From NCBI RefSeq assembly GCF_000142905.1, contig NW_013657668.1:498822-562821 (forward strand): 64,000 nucleotides of DNA. The letters are read 5' to 3'. Source of the stretch: Thecamonas trahens ATCC 50062. Its lineage: Eukaryota; Protista; Apusomonadida. Every line of letters begins with the position of its first letter. Positions within the stretch are counted from its first letter, which is position 1. This document shows positions 34,236 through 46,477 of this stretch, piece after piece. Both the position numbers and the translations under genes were made by a program. Under the pieces are notes generated by a model. The model did not search any database and was not told where the DNA came from. It saw nothing but the letters and a program-made list of their open reading frames with translations.

Positions 34236-37200
34236 ATGTCTGGGCGCAAGACGTCGTCGTCGTACTTTGCCGAAATCGACAAGTCCCTCCGAAAGAGAGC
34301 AGGCAGTTCACCGAGCTCATCTGCTTCGTCAAGGTCAAGGGCGTCCGCAGTACACCGTTCTGGAAGGGGAAGCAGTGCTAGTGGCTGTTTTGGTCATGGT
34401 TCTGGTCCTGCTTTGACGGCGGTGGCTGGCTCGTGGTCACACTCGCCGCTGCGCTCACAGGGCTTGCCTTCGCCTCACACCACTGCTCCTTCAGGCGCTC
34501 GTCGGCAAGACGCGGCTGATGACGACTCGGTGCGGAGCTCGGGCTCACCGAGATCTCGTTCGACTCAGTCTCCTCGTTCGCTGAGCACGATGAAGGCAAG
34601 AGCAGGCGGGCGGGTCCAGTCGGGTCCGCCGTCGGGCCGGACGGGACAGGCACAGGCGGAGGGGCGTGTGCGGGCTTTGGAGGGCAATGAGGCGAGCTCG
34701 CTGGAGGCAGCGCGGGACCTGGCGGTGGGCTCGGTGCGTGCAGGGTCCGAGCCGCGATCACTGGGTGCAAGCCGTGGCTCGGGCGATGACGCCAGCGACG
34801 TCGTCCTGGTTCCACACTCGTCGCTAGAGCGCGTGGTGGAGGAAGAGTTGCATAGAGGCGTCGGCTCGGCATCGTCTGGACGCGAGTCTCAGCGCAAGCG
34901 GCGGGTGCTGCGGCACTCGTTTGATGCTCACGAGCCGAACAGCAGCACTTCGCCGACGCGGCCGACTGCGGTGGCGCTGTATGACTTCAAGGGCCGCGAT
35001 GGGTCGCAGCTCTCGTTCAAGCGCGGCGACGTCCTCTTGCTTGTCTCCACCGTCTCGACGTGGTGGACTGCAGAACTCGATGGTCGCCGCGGCAAGATTC
35101 CCTTCAACTACGTCCGGGTCCGCGACGAGTCGGAGGCCTCGGCCAGCGACGCCAGCCTCAAACGTCGCGAGCAAACCTCTCCAGGCATCGATGCTGGCTT
35201 TGGGCCTTCCATCAGTGTCTCTGCCGCGAGTGGAGGTGGGTCCGCTGGCGAGAGCCGGGCCGAGGTGGCGTCCTCCGGACGGGTGGCAGCCGCCCAGGCT
35301 GCGCGCCGGCGCAAGGCCCGCGTCTACACCCATGGGCGAGTGGACAAAGTCAAGGAAACCCCTCAGCTTGTCTCGCGGGAGTCGCTCCATGCGGCGTACG
35401 CCGAAATCGACCGACTCCGGCAGCTGCTCGTGGTGACCCAGCAAGAGTCGATTGCCAAGTCCAAACTCGTCCACTCACTCACACGCAGCCTCGCGGTGTC
35501 GGGTGATGAGGTCCGCCAGCTCAAGGCCGAAAATCGCCATGCTGCCAAGGTGGCGAAGGCCCAAGCCGAGAACTGTGCCTCGGGCGCATGTCAGGTCTCC
35601 TCGCTAGCGGCCACCAAGTACGCCATCCGTGCCATGACCTCGACGGCGAGCCGGCGGCTCCACGCGGGTTCTGCACCGACCAAGTGAGAGCACGCCTGCC
35701 CGCCTGCCCACCTACCCGCTCCTTCAATGAACTCGGTTTCCTCTGTCTACTCTCCCGCCTGAATCATCGCCGCTCATCACCTGATCCATCGCCCTCCCCC
35801 CCCCCCCCCCCGCCCAACCCGTCGTCTGCCTGCCACTGATCGCCCGCCCGTCGCCACAGACAGGCAGCCCACCCCCTGCCCTCCTCTCCCCTCGCCCCTC
35901 GCTCTCGCCCACCACCACCACCCCACCCACCACCACTCCTGCCCACACCAGCCAACACCAGGCATATATGAACGCCACCGAGCAGCTGTTTGCCGAGCTC
36001 GAGGCGGTCTACGCCACAGCTGACGAGCTTCGGGCTGTGCTGGCCAGCGCGCGCGAAAGCAACGAGAGTTTGAAAGAGAGCGAGGCGACGGTTCGGAAGG
36101 AGCGGGACGAGGCCGTGGCAGCCAAGAATGAGCTGATACTCGAGCTGAAGCGCGTCAGGGACAATGCATGTGCTACAGAGTCTCGTTTGGCTGACACAGA
36201 GAGCGAGATAGCTCGTTTGGCTGGCCTTCAATCCCAGAACGGCGCACTTGTCGAGCAGATCGAGGCTCTGAAGGCGCGGGCAGAGGCGGCTGAGCGCAAA
36301 GGCTGCGACGCCCAGAAGAGTGCTGATGGGTGGCAGAAGCGGGCTGAAGCAGCAGGAGGAGAGGCCCGGGCACTGGGGGCGGCACTGGCGGCGGCTCAGG
36401 CCAAGGTGCAGGTGCAGGCAGCCGAGGCGGCGTCGGTGGCGGAGATCCGGGCGGCGCGTGAGGAGGCACTGTCCGAGGCCAAGGCCCGAGCTGCAGCGCT
36501 AGCGCGCGAGGTTCGTGACGCTCGCGCCGAGCGCGATGCGCTGGCAGACAAGCTGGCGACAGTTCGTGACGACGCGGCGCGCTTGGCGGCGGTAGCGGCG
36601 GCGGGGCGTGCCGAGATCGAGGCGATGCAGGCCGAGACGGGCAAGGCTGCCCAGCAGGCGGCGGCGGCGCGGCAGGCCCGCGATGTGGCCATCGCCGAGG
36701 AGGCTCGACGGAGCGCAGCGCTCGAGGACGCGCTGCAGCGTGCTCACACTATGCTCGAGGAGTCGCGTGCTGAGCTCCGCTCGAGCAGTGCGGCGTTGAG
36801 TACGCTGCGCGAAGAGGTGGACGCGCTCAAGGAGACGGCGGCACGGCTGGCTCGCGAGCGCGATGCGGCGCGGGCCGAGGCGGCGGCAACCAGCGCCGAG
36901 CTCAAGGGCGTGACGGCAAGCCATCACTCGACACTCAACGCGCTTACAGCCGCCGAGCTCAAGCAGGCCGCCGCCGAAGCCGCCGCTGCCGAGCTCCGGG
37001 CCGGGCGCGACAAGCTCGAGGCGCAGCTTACCGAGTCGCGGACGGATGCGGCGGCAGCTCTCGAAGCGAGCCGAGTTGCTGAGACGCGAGTGGCCCAGCT
37101 CGAGGGCGAGCTCAAGATTGTGCGCAGCGAGAAGCGGTCGCTGGCAGCAGCCTTCCGCGCGGCGCAGGACGCGTTTGCAAGTGCAGTCGAGGGTATGGAA

Positions 37201-37866
37201 GCCGAGGCACGGCAGATGGCAAGCGAGCGCGACGGAGCCAAGCGCGAGTCGGCGGCACTGCATGCTCAGATGCAGGCGGCGGCGAGCCAGCGGGAGAGCC
37301 TGGTCGCCGAGGTCACTGGCCAGCTGGTGCAGCTGTCCGAGGCCGAGGAGCACACGTCGTCGGCACTGAGCGTGGCACAGACCGAAGCCTCGCTCTACTC
37401 GCGGCGGGTGGGCGCGCTCGAGTCGGCGCTTGCGGAGCTGAAGCGGATGCTCGAGACGGCGACGAGCGCGCTCGCCGAGTCGAACGCCGAAGTAGAGCGG
37501 CTACAGAGTGAGCTCGCCGAGACGGCAGCCGAGGCGGCGGCGGCGACAGCGGCGGTGGGTGAGGCGCGGACGGCGGCGGCGACGGCCGAGGCGCGGGCAA
37601 CCGCGACAGCGGCGACGGCGGCGGTGGCGCAGGCTAAGCTCGATGCAGCACTCGAGGCACAGGCCAAGCTCGATCGCGAGACGGCAGCGACACGCGAGGC
37701 GTTGGCAGCGGCCGAAGTCTCTGCGGCGGATCTCTCGTCGCGGTCGCTGCTCCGTGTACAGCAGCTGGAGTTTGAGCTTGCAACGGCGCGGCGCGAGGCT
37801 GCCGACTCCAAGCGCGAGCTGGAGAGTCTCCGCAAGCTCTGTGTCGAGTTGAGGGCGCTTCTTTAA
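34236..37866 (+). CDS. SH3-domain, long coiled-coil protein (probably 2 exons, intron about 35618/35684..35951)
   Basis: ATG at 34236; SH3 motif AVALYDF...QLSFKRGD...WW.AELDGRRGKIPFNYV; downstream ORF 35968..37866 is an A/E/R-rich coiled coil. Joining via GTACGC/GTGAGA donors and a CACCAG acceptor is inferred; two separate genes cannot be excluded. Confidence 0.65.
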
Positions 37867-37876
37867 TGCATGCGTT

Positions 37877-38290
37877 CTAGCGGAGGACGGCGACAAGCTC
37901 GAGATCCGTGTTGAGTGCGAGGCCGAGGGCGGTGTCGCGGGCGCGGATGCGGCGGAAGCCGCTGGCGCGCGCTGTCCGCAGTGCGAGCTTGTGCGACGGC
38001 ACGCCGCTGGCCTCTGCGGCGGCGACGATGGCAGAGACCAACGGTGCCTTCCATGTTGTGTCAAAGGCCATAGGCTCGGGCACATCGCGGCTGCGGCCGG
38101 AGCCGCGCTCGAACGAGATAGTGAGGCTGATGGGCCCGTTGTCGTTGTAAAACTTGTTGCCGCATGTTGAGCATCGGCACACGCCCGACTTCTCGGCGAG
38201 CTTGACGGCCTCGGCCTCGCCTGTAGACGCGCACGCAAGCGCCGACGCCACTGCGCATCGATCACCACCCCAATGCTGCTCAAACTTCAT
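37877..38290 (-). CDS. Small hypothetical protein (CxCxxC motif, possible ubiquitin-like C-terminal part)
   Basis: 137-aa ATG ORF with coding-like codon use, convergent with the coiled-coil gene. Confidence 0.5.
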   Translation of the reverse strand: MKFEQHWGGDRCAVASALACASTGEAEAVKLAEKSGVCRCSTCGNKFYNDNGPISLTISFERGSGRSRDVPEPMAFDTTWKAPLVSAIVAAAEASGVPSHKLALRTARASGFRRIRARDTALGLALNTDLELVAVLR

Positions 38291-39109
38291 GATTGGTGGG
38301 GCGGGGGTATGGAACTGCGAAAGTGTGTGGTTGTAGTTGCAGATGCCGAGCGCCCCGCTCTCGTTGTGGCGCGCCGATAGTCATAGTAAATGTGGCGGAG
38401 CAGCATGTGGCGGAGCAGGTGCCGGAAGGGCGACCCAACCGGCACATCCGCCACATGTTCAATGGAACAAGCACGTGATAAGAGATGGAAGATGTGACTA
38501 TCTGTTGTCTTGCGCCTCTGATGATCCTGGCGCTCGCCGGCGCTGTTTGAGTTGGTCTCTCCGACGGCTACCGCCTCGCCGTCGCCTCGCCGCCGCCGAC
38601 CCTCGCCGCTGAATGCTGGGCGCTATTGAGGGAGAGCCAGCGACGGTCTTGGACAGCCCACCAAGGCAGCATTCGCAATGCCACAGTTCGCAGTCTCACA
38701 TGATGATGGCTGTGAATGGTTATGCCTGTGGGCATACCTCTGCCGACATCTCGCCATCAACCATCTCTTGCCAAGTTGAACATGGTTGAGGTCAAACCCG
38801 ATCGTGTCCAACCCCGCCCACCCCTCACCCTGGCCCTTCACCCAAGCCCATCACTCCGTCTCACTTTGCCCCAGTCATCTCACTTGTCCCTGACAAGGTC
38901 AACGCCCTCATCGGCCCGCATCTCGCCTCACCCGCATGCCCCCAATTTGAGGCCACAACCCAAAAATGCAAAAGTCGCCAACGTCAGTGCGACGCCAGCA
39001 ATAGTCGCGTTGCCAGCCGGGCGGCGGCTCGCCAGCTGGTGGGCAAGGCAGGGCAGGGCAAGCAACGGGAGGTGAGGCCACCTCACTTTGAGACAGACAG
39101 TGGCAGAGG

Positions 39110-40681
39110 ATGACGAGAGTGGAACTGATTGTACATGGCAACTTTGTGCACTCCAAGTCGTTTGACGAGTTGGAGGTGCTAGAGGCGAGCTACGTGGGCG
39201 TGGACAACAAAGGGAGCATTGTGTTTATGGCCTCTGCTGAGGAGATGTCTGGTGTGGAGGCTGCGTTTGGCTTTACTCTTGATGACTTTGATGGACGACT
39301 GGTGGATACTCTGGCGGGCAAGGATCGGGCCGATGGTACTTTTATTGTTCCTGGCTACATCGATACCCATGTCCATGCTCCGCAGTATGCCTTTGCTGGC
39401 CTGGGTCTGGACATGCCTCTCCTCCAGTGGCTCGAGACGTACACCTATCCCATGGAGGCTCGATTTGCCGACACCGACTTTGCTGCTGTGGTGTACAAGG
39501 CCATGCTCAAGCGCATGGTGGCTGCAGGCACCACCACGGCTTGCATGTTTGGCACTCTTCACGCCCCGGCTTCCGTTGATCTTGCCCGCTACTCGCGCGA
39601 CGTCGGCCTCCGCGGCCTCGTCGGCAAGGTCTGCATGGACTCGCACGCACCAGACAACTACATCGAGCCGAGCGCAGAGGACTCGCTTGCCGCCACCAAG
39701 GACTTTGTCCGCGATGTACTCGCTCTCGACAACGCGCGTGTCCGTCCGGTCATTACCCCGCGCTTTGCGCCGTCGTGCTCGGCTGAGCTCCTCGCCGGCC
39801 TCGGCCAACTCGCCACCGACTTTGGCGGCCTCCACATCCAGAGCCACATCTCCGAGTCGCCGGCCGAAATCGCCTGGGTCCGCGACCTCTTCCCCGACGC
39901 TGCCTCGTATGCCGACGTCTACGCCGCCGCTGGCCTGCTCACCAAGCGGACCGTCATGGCCCACGGCATTCACCTCACGCCCGATGAGATGTCGCTCTTT
40001 GCCCGCGCCCGCACCGGCGTCTCACACTGCCCGGCCTCCAACTTTGGCCTCACCTCGGGCATCCTCAACGTTCTCGACCTCGTCCAGTACGACATCGATG
40101 TCGGCCTCGGCACCGACGTCGCCGGCGGCCCGGCCATTTCCATCCTCGATGCCATGCGCCTCGCCCTCGTCGCCTCCAAGATCCTCACCATGCCGCAGCA
40201 CCAGGCCAACCGCAAGCCCAACTCGGACGCCCTCTCCATCCATAACGTCTTCTACATGGCCACCATGGGCGGCGCCCGCGTCCTCGACATGCACCACTCG
40301 GTCGGATCGTTTGCCGTCGGCAAGCAGTTTGACGCCGTCGTCGTTGACGCTCTCGCTCCAGACTCGCCCTTTGACGTCTTTGCCACCGACACCTCGCTCC
40401 ACGCGCTCTTTGAAAAGTACCTCATCCTCGGTGACGATCGCAACCACGCCGCCGTCTACGTCGCCGGCGAGCTCATCCACACCCGCGAGACCTTCTCCCA
40501 CTCGGCTGAGTCGTCCACCACCACTACCACATGGCACAAGTCGCCGCTCTCTCGCCGCTCCCGCCGCTCCCGCCGCTCCTGCGCCCCGCAAGCCTCGACC
40601 GCCCTCATCGCCGCCCGCGCTGCCTCGGTCATTACTGCTGCCGCCGCCGCCGCCATCGCCGTCTTTACCACCACCGCCTAG
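39110..40681 (+). CDS. GDA: Guanine deaminase (amidohydrolase)
   Basis: PGYIDTHVHAPQY, LLQWLETYTYPME, VITPRFAPSCS, QSHISE, MAHGIHL, SHCPASN, GLGTDVAGG, GDDRN. Confidence 0.92.
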   Translation: MTRVELIVHGNFVHSKSFDELEVLEASYVGVDNKGSIVFMASAEEMSGVEAAFGFTLDDFDGRLVDTLAGKDRADGTFIVPGYIDTHVHAPQYAFAGLGLDMPLLQWLETYTYPMEARFADTDFAAVVYKAMLKRMVAAGTTTACMFGTLHAPASVDLARYSRDVGLRGLVGKVCMDSHAPDNYIEPSAEDSLAATKDFVRDVLALDNARVRPVITPRFAPSCSAELLAGLGQLATDFGGLHIQSHISESPAEIAWVRDLFPDAASYADVYAAAGLLTKRTVMAHGIHLTPDEMSLFARARTGVSHCPASNFGLTSGILNVLDLVQYDIDVGLGTDVAGGPAISILDAMRLALVASKILTMPQHQANRKPNSDALSIHNVFYMATMGGARVLDMHHSVGSFAVGKQFDAVVVDALAPDSPFDVFATDTSLHALFEKYLILGDDRNHAAVYVAGELIHTRETFSHSAESSTTTTTWHKSPLSRRSRRSRRSCAPQASTALIAARAASVITAAAAAAIAVFTTTA

Positions 40682-40853
40682 CCTAGCCCTGCCTAGTCTA
40701 GCCCTGGACCTGGACCTGCGCCACTCTTAAATCCCGAGCTCGGCCAGCCGCCTGCCGCCCGTCGCCCGTCGACCGCCGCCCGTCGACCGCCGCCCGACGC
40801 CCGCCGCCAACCACACAGCCACAGCCACTCAGCTCCCCCCCCCCCCCCCCCCC

Positions 40854-41320
40854 NNNNNNNNNNNNNNNNNNNNNNNNNNNNNNNNNNNNNNNNNNNNNNN
40901 NNNNNNNNNNNNNNNNNNNNNNNNNNNNNNNNNNNNNNNNNNNNNNNNNNNNNNNNNNNNNNNNNNNNNNNNNNNNNNNNNNNNNNNNNNNNNNNNNNNN
41001 NNNNNNNNNNNNNNNNNNNNNNNNNNNNNNNNNNNNNNNNNNNNNNNNNNNNNNNNNNNNNNNNNNNNNNNNNNNNNNNNNNNNNNNNNNNNNNNNNNNN
41101 NNNNNNNNNNNNNNNNNNNNNNNNNNNNNNNNNNNNNNNNNNNNNNNNNNNNNNNNNNNNNNNNNNNNNNNNNNNNNNNNNNNNNNNNNNNNNNNNNNNN
41201 NNNNNNNNNNNNNNNNNNNNNNNNNNNNNNNNNNNNNNNNNNNNNNNNNNNNNNNNNNNNNNNNNNNNNNNNNNNNNNNNNNNNNNNNNNNNNNNNNNNN
41301 NNNNNNNNNNNNNNNNNNNN
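40854..41320. other. Assembly gap (N run)
   Basis: 467 N, beginning at a poly-C tract. Confidence 1.
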
Positions 41321-41326
41321 CTCGCT

Positions 41327-42607
41327 ATGCTTCGGGGTGTTCTCATTGTATGCGCGTCGTCGGGCAAGCTGCTATTCTCGCATGCAGCGACAGCAGGCTT
41401 TGGCCTCCCGCCTGCACTGGCACCGCCAGGCCAAGGCGGCGAGCACTCGTTGGCCGGACTCATCTTTGCCTTTTTCCTCAACTCTTGCAACTCTCTTGCT
41501 GCCGCCTCCTCGCGCGATTGCCCGCCGCATTTGGTCATGACGCTACCGGCATCTGCGACAAAGATGGTTCTTGCTACTCTGTCTCATCAAGATCTTCCTT
41601 CGCCGCTTCTTGTTGCTCTGCTCCTTGACTCTGCCCTTGTTTCGTCTGGCACTGACGCCGATGGCAGCGGCTTCCTTGTCTCGTCTCTGGCGTCGTCGCT
41701 TGTCGATGCCTTTGCCCGCAAAGTTGCGCGGAGGCTCACTCGTGGTCACTCACTTGTTGCCTGTGCCACCGCGAGCACCGCTTGGCTCCGTGCCTGGATC
41801 GCCACAGACCTTCCCGTCGTTGTCGGTAAGCTTCTCGTCGTCGCCGCGCGCACTCCGTGGATGTGGATATATCTTGCCCGCGCCACAGATGATGCCGAGC
41901 ACAGCGCGAGTGATTCGGTCTACCATGCTATGGTTCCGAGCGAAGCGCCGCCCATGCTTGCGCCGTACACCGTTTTTGCCGCGCCCGACGAGTCGCCGTC
42001 GATAGGCACTCAGATGCGCGCCGCGCTTGCCGCCTGCTGCGGCTGCTGCTGCCGGTCGACCAAGGCCGGACGAGTGGTCGACGCAAGTGATGATGACTGT
42101 AACCCCAAAGGCCAGGAGGGTTGTGATGTCGACGCGGATGCCTCCTCCCACCCTCGCCGCGTCTTTGCTCTGCCGGTCTCGTCGGTCCTCGTCGCCGAGC
42201 GGCCCGAGGCGGGGACCCGATACGCGCTCGCCGGCTCGAGCTTGGCTAAGCTCGCACCCGAGCTGCTCACCAAGCTTAGTCCGGATCCAGACCTGCTCGG
42301 TAGATACCAGCGTCAGCGGGTGAGCGTGAATGTGAGTCTCAGCCCCAGCGTGGGCGACATTGACAACAGCGGCGAGGGTGGTACGAGTTCGTCCGGCTTT
42401 GAGCTTGACGTCGACGTCGCTTGTCTCTCGTCGCGCATTCTTGTCGGCATTCCTACGCGGGATGCGGCGTCTCTTGGCGAGACGCTGTTGCCCGAGGCGG
42501 CACTCCGCGTTCTCGAGGGCTACCTCGAGCTGCTAGAAGGCTCGCGGCTCGAGCCCGACGCAGTAGCAACTGCGGTGGCGTCTGTCGTCGAGTGCGGGGC
42601 CGACTGA
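41327..42607 (+). CDS. Hypothetical protein, possible longin-like N-terminus; internal CCGCCC cluster
   Basis: 426-aa ATG ORF; MLRGVLIVCASSGKLLFS resembles longin strands. The start lies next to the gap, so it may be incomplete. Confidence 0.55.
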   Translation: MLRGVLIVCASSGKLLFSHAATAGFGLPPALAPPGQGGEHSLAGLIFAFFLNSCNSLAAASSRDCPPHLVMTLPASATKMVLATLSHQDLPSPLLVALLLDSALVSSGTDADGSGFLVSSLASSLVDAFARKVARRLTRGHSLVACATASTAWLRAWIATDLPVVVGKLLVVAARTPWMWIYLARATDDAEHSASDSVYHAMVPSEAPPMLAPYTVFAAPDESPSIGTQMRAALAACCGCCCRSTKAGRVVDASDDDCNPKGQEGCDVDADASSHPRRVFALPVSSVLVAERPEAGTRYALAGSSLAKLAPELLTKLSPDPDLLGRYQRQRVSVNVSLSPSVGDIDNSGEGGTSSSGFELDVDVACLSSRILVGIPTRDAASLGETLLPEAALRVLEGYLELLEGSRLEPDAVATAVASVVECGAD

Positions 42608-42617
42608 GGTGCGACGT

Positions 42618-45406
42618 TTACTGCGCTGCGCTCTGCGGAGGCGGCGGGTCGGCCGCGCGCTCCAGCGCGTCCAGGACCTCGGCCGCGCGGTCGAGAACAG
42701 GCTCGGGCATGCCGGCAAGCCGGGCAACGTGCAGGCCGTACGACTTGGATGCTGCGCCCGGCACCACCTTGTAGAGGAAGAGTAAGTTGTTGGCGAGCTC
42801 GCGGACATCCATGGCATAGTTGCTCACGTTGGGCAGCGCCTCGCCGAGCTTGGTCAGCTCGTGGTAGTGGGTGGCAAAGAGGGTGCGAGCGCGCGGCGCG
42901 AGGGCAAGGTGCTCAACAATGGCCCACGCGAGGGCGAGCCCATCGTAGGTCGCCGTCCCACGCCCGATCTCGTCCATCAGCACCAGCGACGCTGGGGTGG
43001 CCGACTTGACAATGGCTGCAGCCTCGACCATTTCGACCATAAAGGTTGACCGGTCGCCAGCGAGGTCGTCAGCAGCGCCGACCCGCGAGTAGACGGCGTC
43101 GACGACACCGATGGTCGCCGCCTCGGCCGGAACGAACGAGCCCATCTGAGCCAAAATGACGATGAGCGCGTTCTGCCGCAGGAACGTCGACTTGCCGCCC
43201 ATGTTCGGCCCGGTGATGAGGTGGAGCGAGGTGGCCCCGTCAAAGGCGCAGTCGTTTGGTGTAAACGTTCCGCGACCGCTGCCGGAGAGCTCAACAAGTG
43301 GGTGCCGGCCGCCGACAATGTCGAGGATCCGCGGGTCGGGCGTCATGTCTGGCCGCACAAACCCGTGGTCTGCTGCCAGCTTGGCGAGTGCCGATGTGAC
43401 GTCGAGCTCGGCCAGCGCCTCGGAGAGATCGAACAGAGCCGGCGCTGCAGCGAGCGCAGCCTGGACAAGCTCGTCGAAGAGCTTGGTTTCCAGGAGGACT
43501 GCGTCCGATGCCGCCGCTGCCAACTCTCGCTCGAGGTCCTTGAGCTCGGCCGAGGCGTAGCGGTGCGAGGCCGCCATCGACTGAATGTGGAAGATGTCGG
43601 GCGCAAACTCGTCCATTCGTTCTTTGCGGGTGGCCGGGACCTGGATGTAGTACCCAAGCACCGAGTTGTGGCGGATTTTGAGGGCAGCGAGCCCGGTGGC
43701 GTCGCGGTACTTGGTCTCGAGCTCGGCAACAAGCGCAGCGCCGTCGTCGCGTGCAGCGCGCTTGCGGTCGAGCTCGGCTGAGAAGCCCGCCGCAACGACC
43801 GCCGCGCCCGATGAGAGCCCACTCAGATCAGCGAGCGAGATCGGGAGCGTATCGGCCAATGCAGAACCGAGCGTGGCTGCCAGCCCGGACGTTGCAGCCA
43901 CAACTGACGGTGGCACCGGTGGGCTCGGTGCGTCGAGCGCCACCAGCTCGGCAGCCTTGGCTAGCGATCGCGAGACGACGCCGAGGTCGCGCGGCGAGCC
44001 TTTGGCCATGCACAGCCGCTGCAGTGACCGCGAGAGGTCGCCGGTTCCGCGGAGGATGTGGCGAACATCCTTGACAGTGGCCGGCGCAGTGACATATGCC
44101 TCGACCGCGTCGTGCCGGGCGGCAATGTCCGGCAGCGAGGTAAGCGGGGAGGCGAGCCATGAGCCAAGCATCCGCCCGCCGGGGCCAGTCACCGTCTTAT
44201 CAATGAGCGAGAGGAGAGTCGGCCCGGGCTTGCGCGCAAGAGCGTGAACCGGCACAGCCGACGCGGGCTCGCTGGCTTCAGTCACATCCGGTGGCGCCAC
44301 AGCGGCCGAGGACGAGGTGAGCTCGAGCGAGGCTCGGGTCGCTGCGTCCATCGAAAGCATAGAGTCGCGGGCGCAAAGTCGCGGCGGGTGCAACAGCGGC
44401 GTTGCGCCTGGATGGGTGCCAGCCACCACGTCGAGGAGAAGATTTCCGGCAGCAGTGTGGTGTGGTGCAAACGGTGCAGCGTCGAGCGCGGCACGGGCGG
44501 CAGCGAGCGAGGCGCAGTCAGCAGCAGCGGCTGCCGGCGGCGCCGGCGGGTGGGTGTTGACGTAGTACGGCTCAAGGGCTGGACGGAGGACGTCAAGCAA
44601 GTGAGGAAGCTGTGGGTCGAGCACAATCTCGGCCGGAGCCAGCCGCGCGAGGTCGGCCGGAAGCAGGTCCGGCGACGTCCGGTCGAGGAACCACTCGCCG
44701 GTGGAGACGTCGATCCAGGCGAGGCTGCACATGGACGGCGGAGCAGCCGGCGACGGCGGAGCAGGCGCGGAGATCGACATGAGGTAGTTTGCGATGCGCG
44801 GCGCAAGCAGAGCGTCGTCAATGAGAGTACCGGGGGTGATGCGCTTGGTGATGGCGCGGTCAACGATCTTGGCACCACGCGACCGCGCGGCAGCCGGCTC
44901 TTCAACCTGATCGGCGACGGCGACGAGAAAGCCCTTTTGATCAGCCGCTCAATATACAGCGAGGCAGCATGAGCAGGCACGCCAGCCATGGGAATGGGGG
45001 CGCCATTGTGGCTGCCGCGTGTGGTCAGAGCAATGTCCAGAGCAGCAGACGCACGGGCAGCATCATCAAAGAACAGCTCATAGAAATCGCCCATACGAAA
45101 GAGGAGAATGAATCCAGGTACACTCGCCTTGAGTTCCATGTACTGATTCATCATCGGTGTCGTCGCCGTCGCTCTGCTCCTGCTCAGCCTCGCTGATCTG
45201 CCCGTCTTGCCTCCTCGCCTTGCTTTGCTTTTGCTGCTCGCTCCGCCTGCGCTGCTCGCTCCGCCTGCTCTGCTTGCTCCGCCTGCGCTGCTCGCTCCGC
45301 CTGCTCTGCTTGCTGCAACCGTTGCAAACAAGCTCCGGTAGCCGTGTACCCATGTATGTGCGTGTCCTATATACATGGCCGTGCTGCGAGGTATCAGCCG
45401 CAGCAT
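42618..45406 (-). CDS. mutS: Bacterial-type DNA mismatch repair protein MutS1 / mitochondrial MSH1-like; one frame break near 44936
   Basis: [35 protein letters not shown]; the shifted frame gives [12 protein letters not shown]...ITPGT. C-terminal [48 protein letters not shown]. Arg/Ser-rich, acid-free N-terminus. Confidence 0.92.
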
Positions 45407-45832
45407 GGCTCGGGCGAGGGTGAAGTGTGCCCGCCCACAGCCGACGACCGGCAGCAGCCGATGGGGGGGAGGGGGGGGGGGAGGGGGGGGGGGGGGAGGG
45501 GGGGGTCAACACAGCACGGTCTGGTATGATCTGATAGCCGCCAGAGTGTAGGAGGTAGGTGGAGCACGTGGTCAGGGTGGAGCACGGTTTATGCGACTCG
45601 GTCGATCGGAAGCAGATGGAGCGCGGAGAGGAGAAAGGGAGAGGGAGGGAGCGGGAGAGGCAGAGGTGCCCAGCTAGAGTTCGATGTCTTGAGAGCTAAG
45701 CTTGATACTCGAGTGCGTAGCTGGCCAAGCCCATAGTCCCGGGCGCGGAACAGCTGTTCCAGCCTGACGATCCAGGCCCGATGGCGACCGACCGACGTCG
45801 ATTGATGCAGGGGAAGGGAGAAAGAGGGGCGA

Positions 45833-46362
45833 TTAGGCCGATGCCGGGTTGGGGGCGACAGAGGTGTCGACAAAGGCAGCCAGAGCCGCAGCTAGATCGC
45901 CGTTGTGCTCGCGAAGGAGGGTGTCGGCGTCGTTGATGGGCAGATCGAGGTGGTAGGCGAGGCGCTGGACGTCGTTCTCGTCGACCTGAACCCGTGCCAG
46001 TGCCAGCTTGCGCATGATCTCTTCACGCCGTGCGGCCTCACGCTGCTCGTTCACTTCCTGGAAAGCCTGTCCGTGCCATGATGTCACTCGTCATGCTGTG
46101 AGTCGCTTGCCCATGCCCCCGGCCTCCATGCCCGCCACGAGGTGTCGGTCAAAGTGGATCGAGCCGGAGCCTTCGACGACACGGGAGTGTCACTGGTAGG
46201 GGGTACGGAGAAGGAGGAGAAGGGAAAGTAGATACAGAGTATACGTACCTTCTCGGCACGCTCCTTGTCAAAGTTGGTGGTCTCTGCTTCCGCCATGGAC
46301 GCAAAATCAACGTCGGCAGACTTTTGCTGCGCAGAGCGTGTGTCGACCTCGGCGTCTGCCAT
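45833..46362 (-). CDS. HYPK: HYPK-like (huntingtin-interacting protein K, C-terminal UBA-like); exons 46362..46249 and 46066..45833
   Basis: MADAEVD...FDKERAEK|AFQEV...LARVQVDENDVQRLAYHLDL....ADTLLREHNGDLAAAL. Phase-0 intron GTACGT...ACAG. Confidence 0.75.
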
Positions 46363-46477
46363 GATTGATTGATGGATGATGATGATGAGAGCAGTGGGAG
46401 ATGGTAAAGGGGGGGGGGGGGGGGGGGGGGCTGCCAGCCCATGCTGGGTGTGTATCAGATCTGGGTTACAGTTCAAG

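Noticed and set aside
33308-34381. ORFs with PSPSHRPAIAQ / MAGRWLGDGWA repeats, including the first ~226 aa of ORF 33558..35687
   Set aside because: Translation artefacts of the stop-free 11-bp minisatellite; the plausible start is ATG 34236.
40693-41538. ORF spanning poly-X
   Set aside because: It crosses the assembly gap.
42618-45406. Bacterial contamination suggested by mutS, heliorhodopsin and the NTase
   Set aside because: Same codon style and poly-C leaders as neighbours, interleaved with intron-containing genes on a telomere-bearing scaffold.
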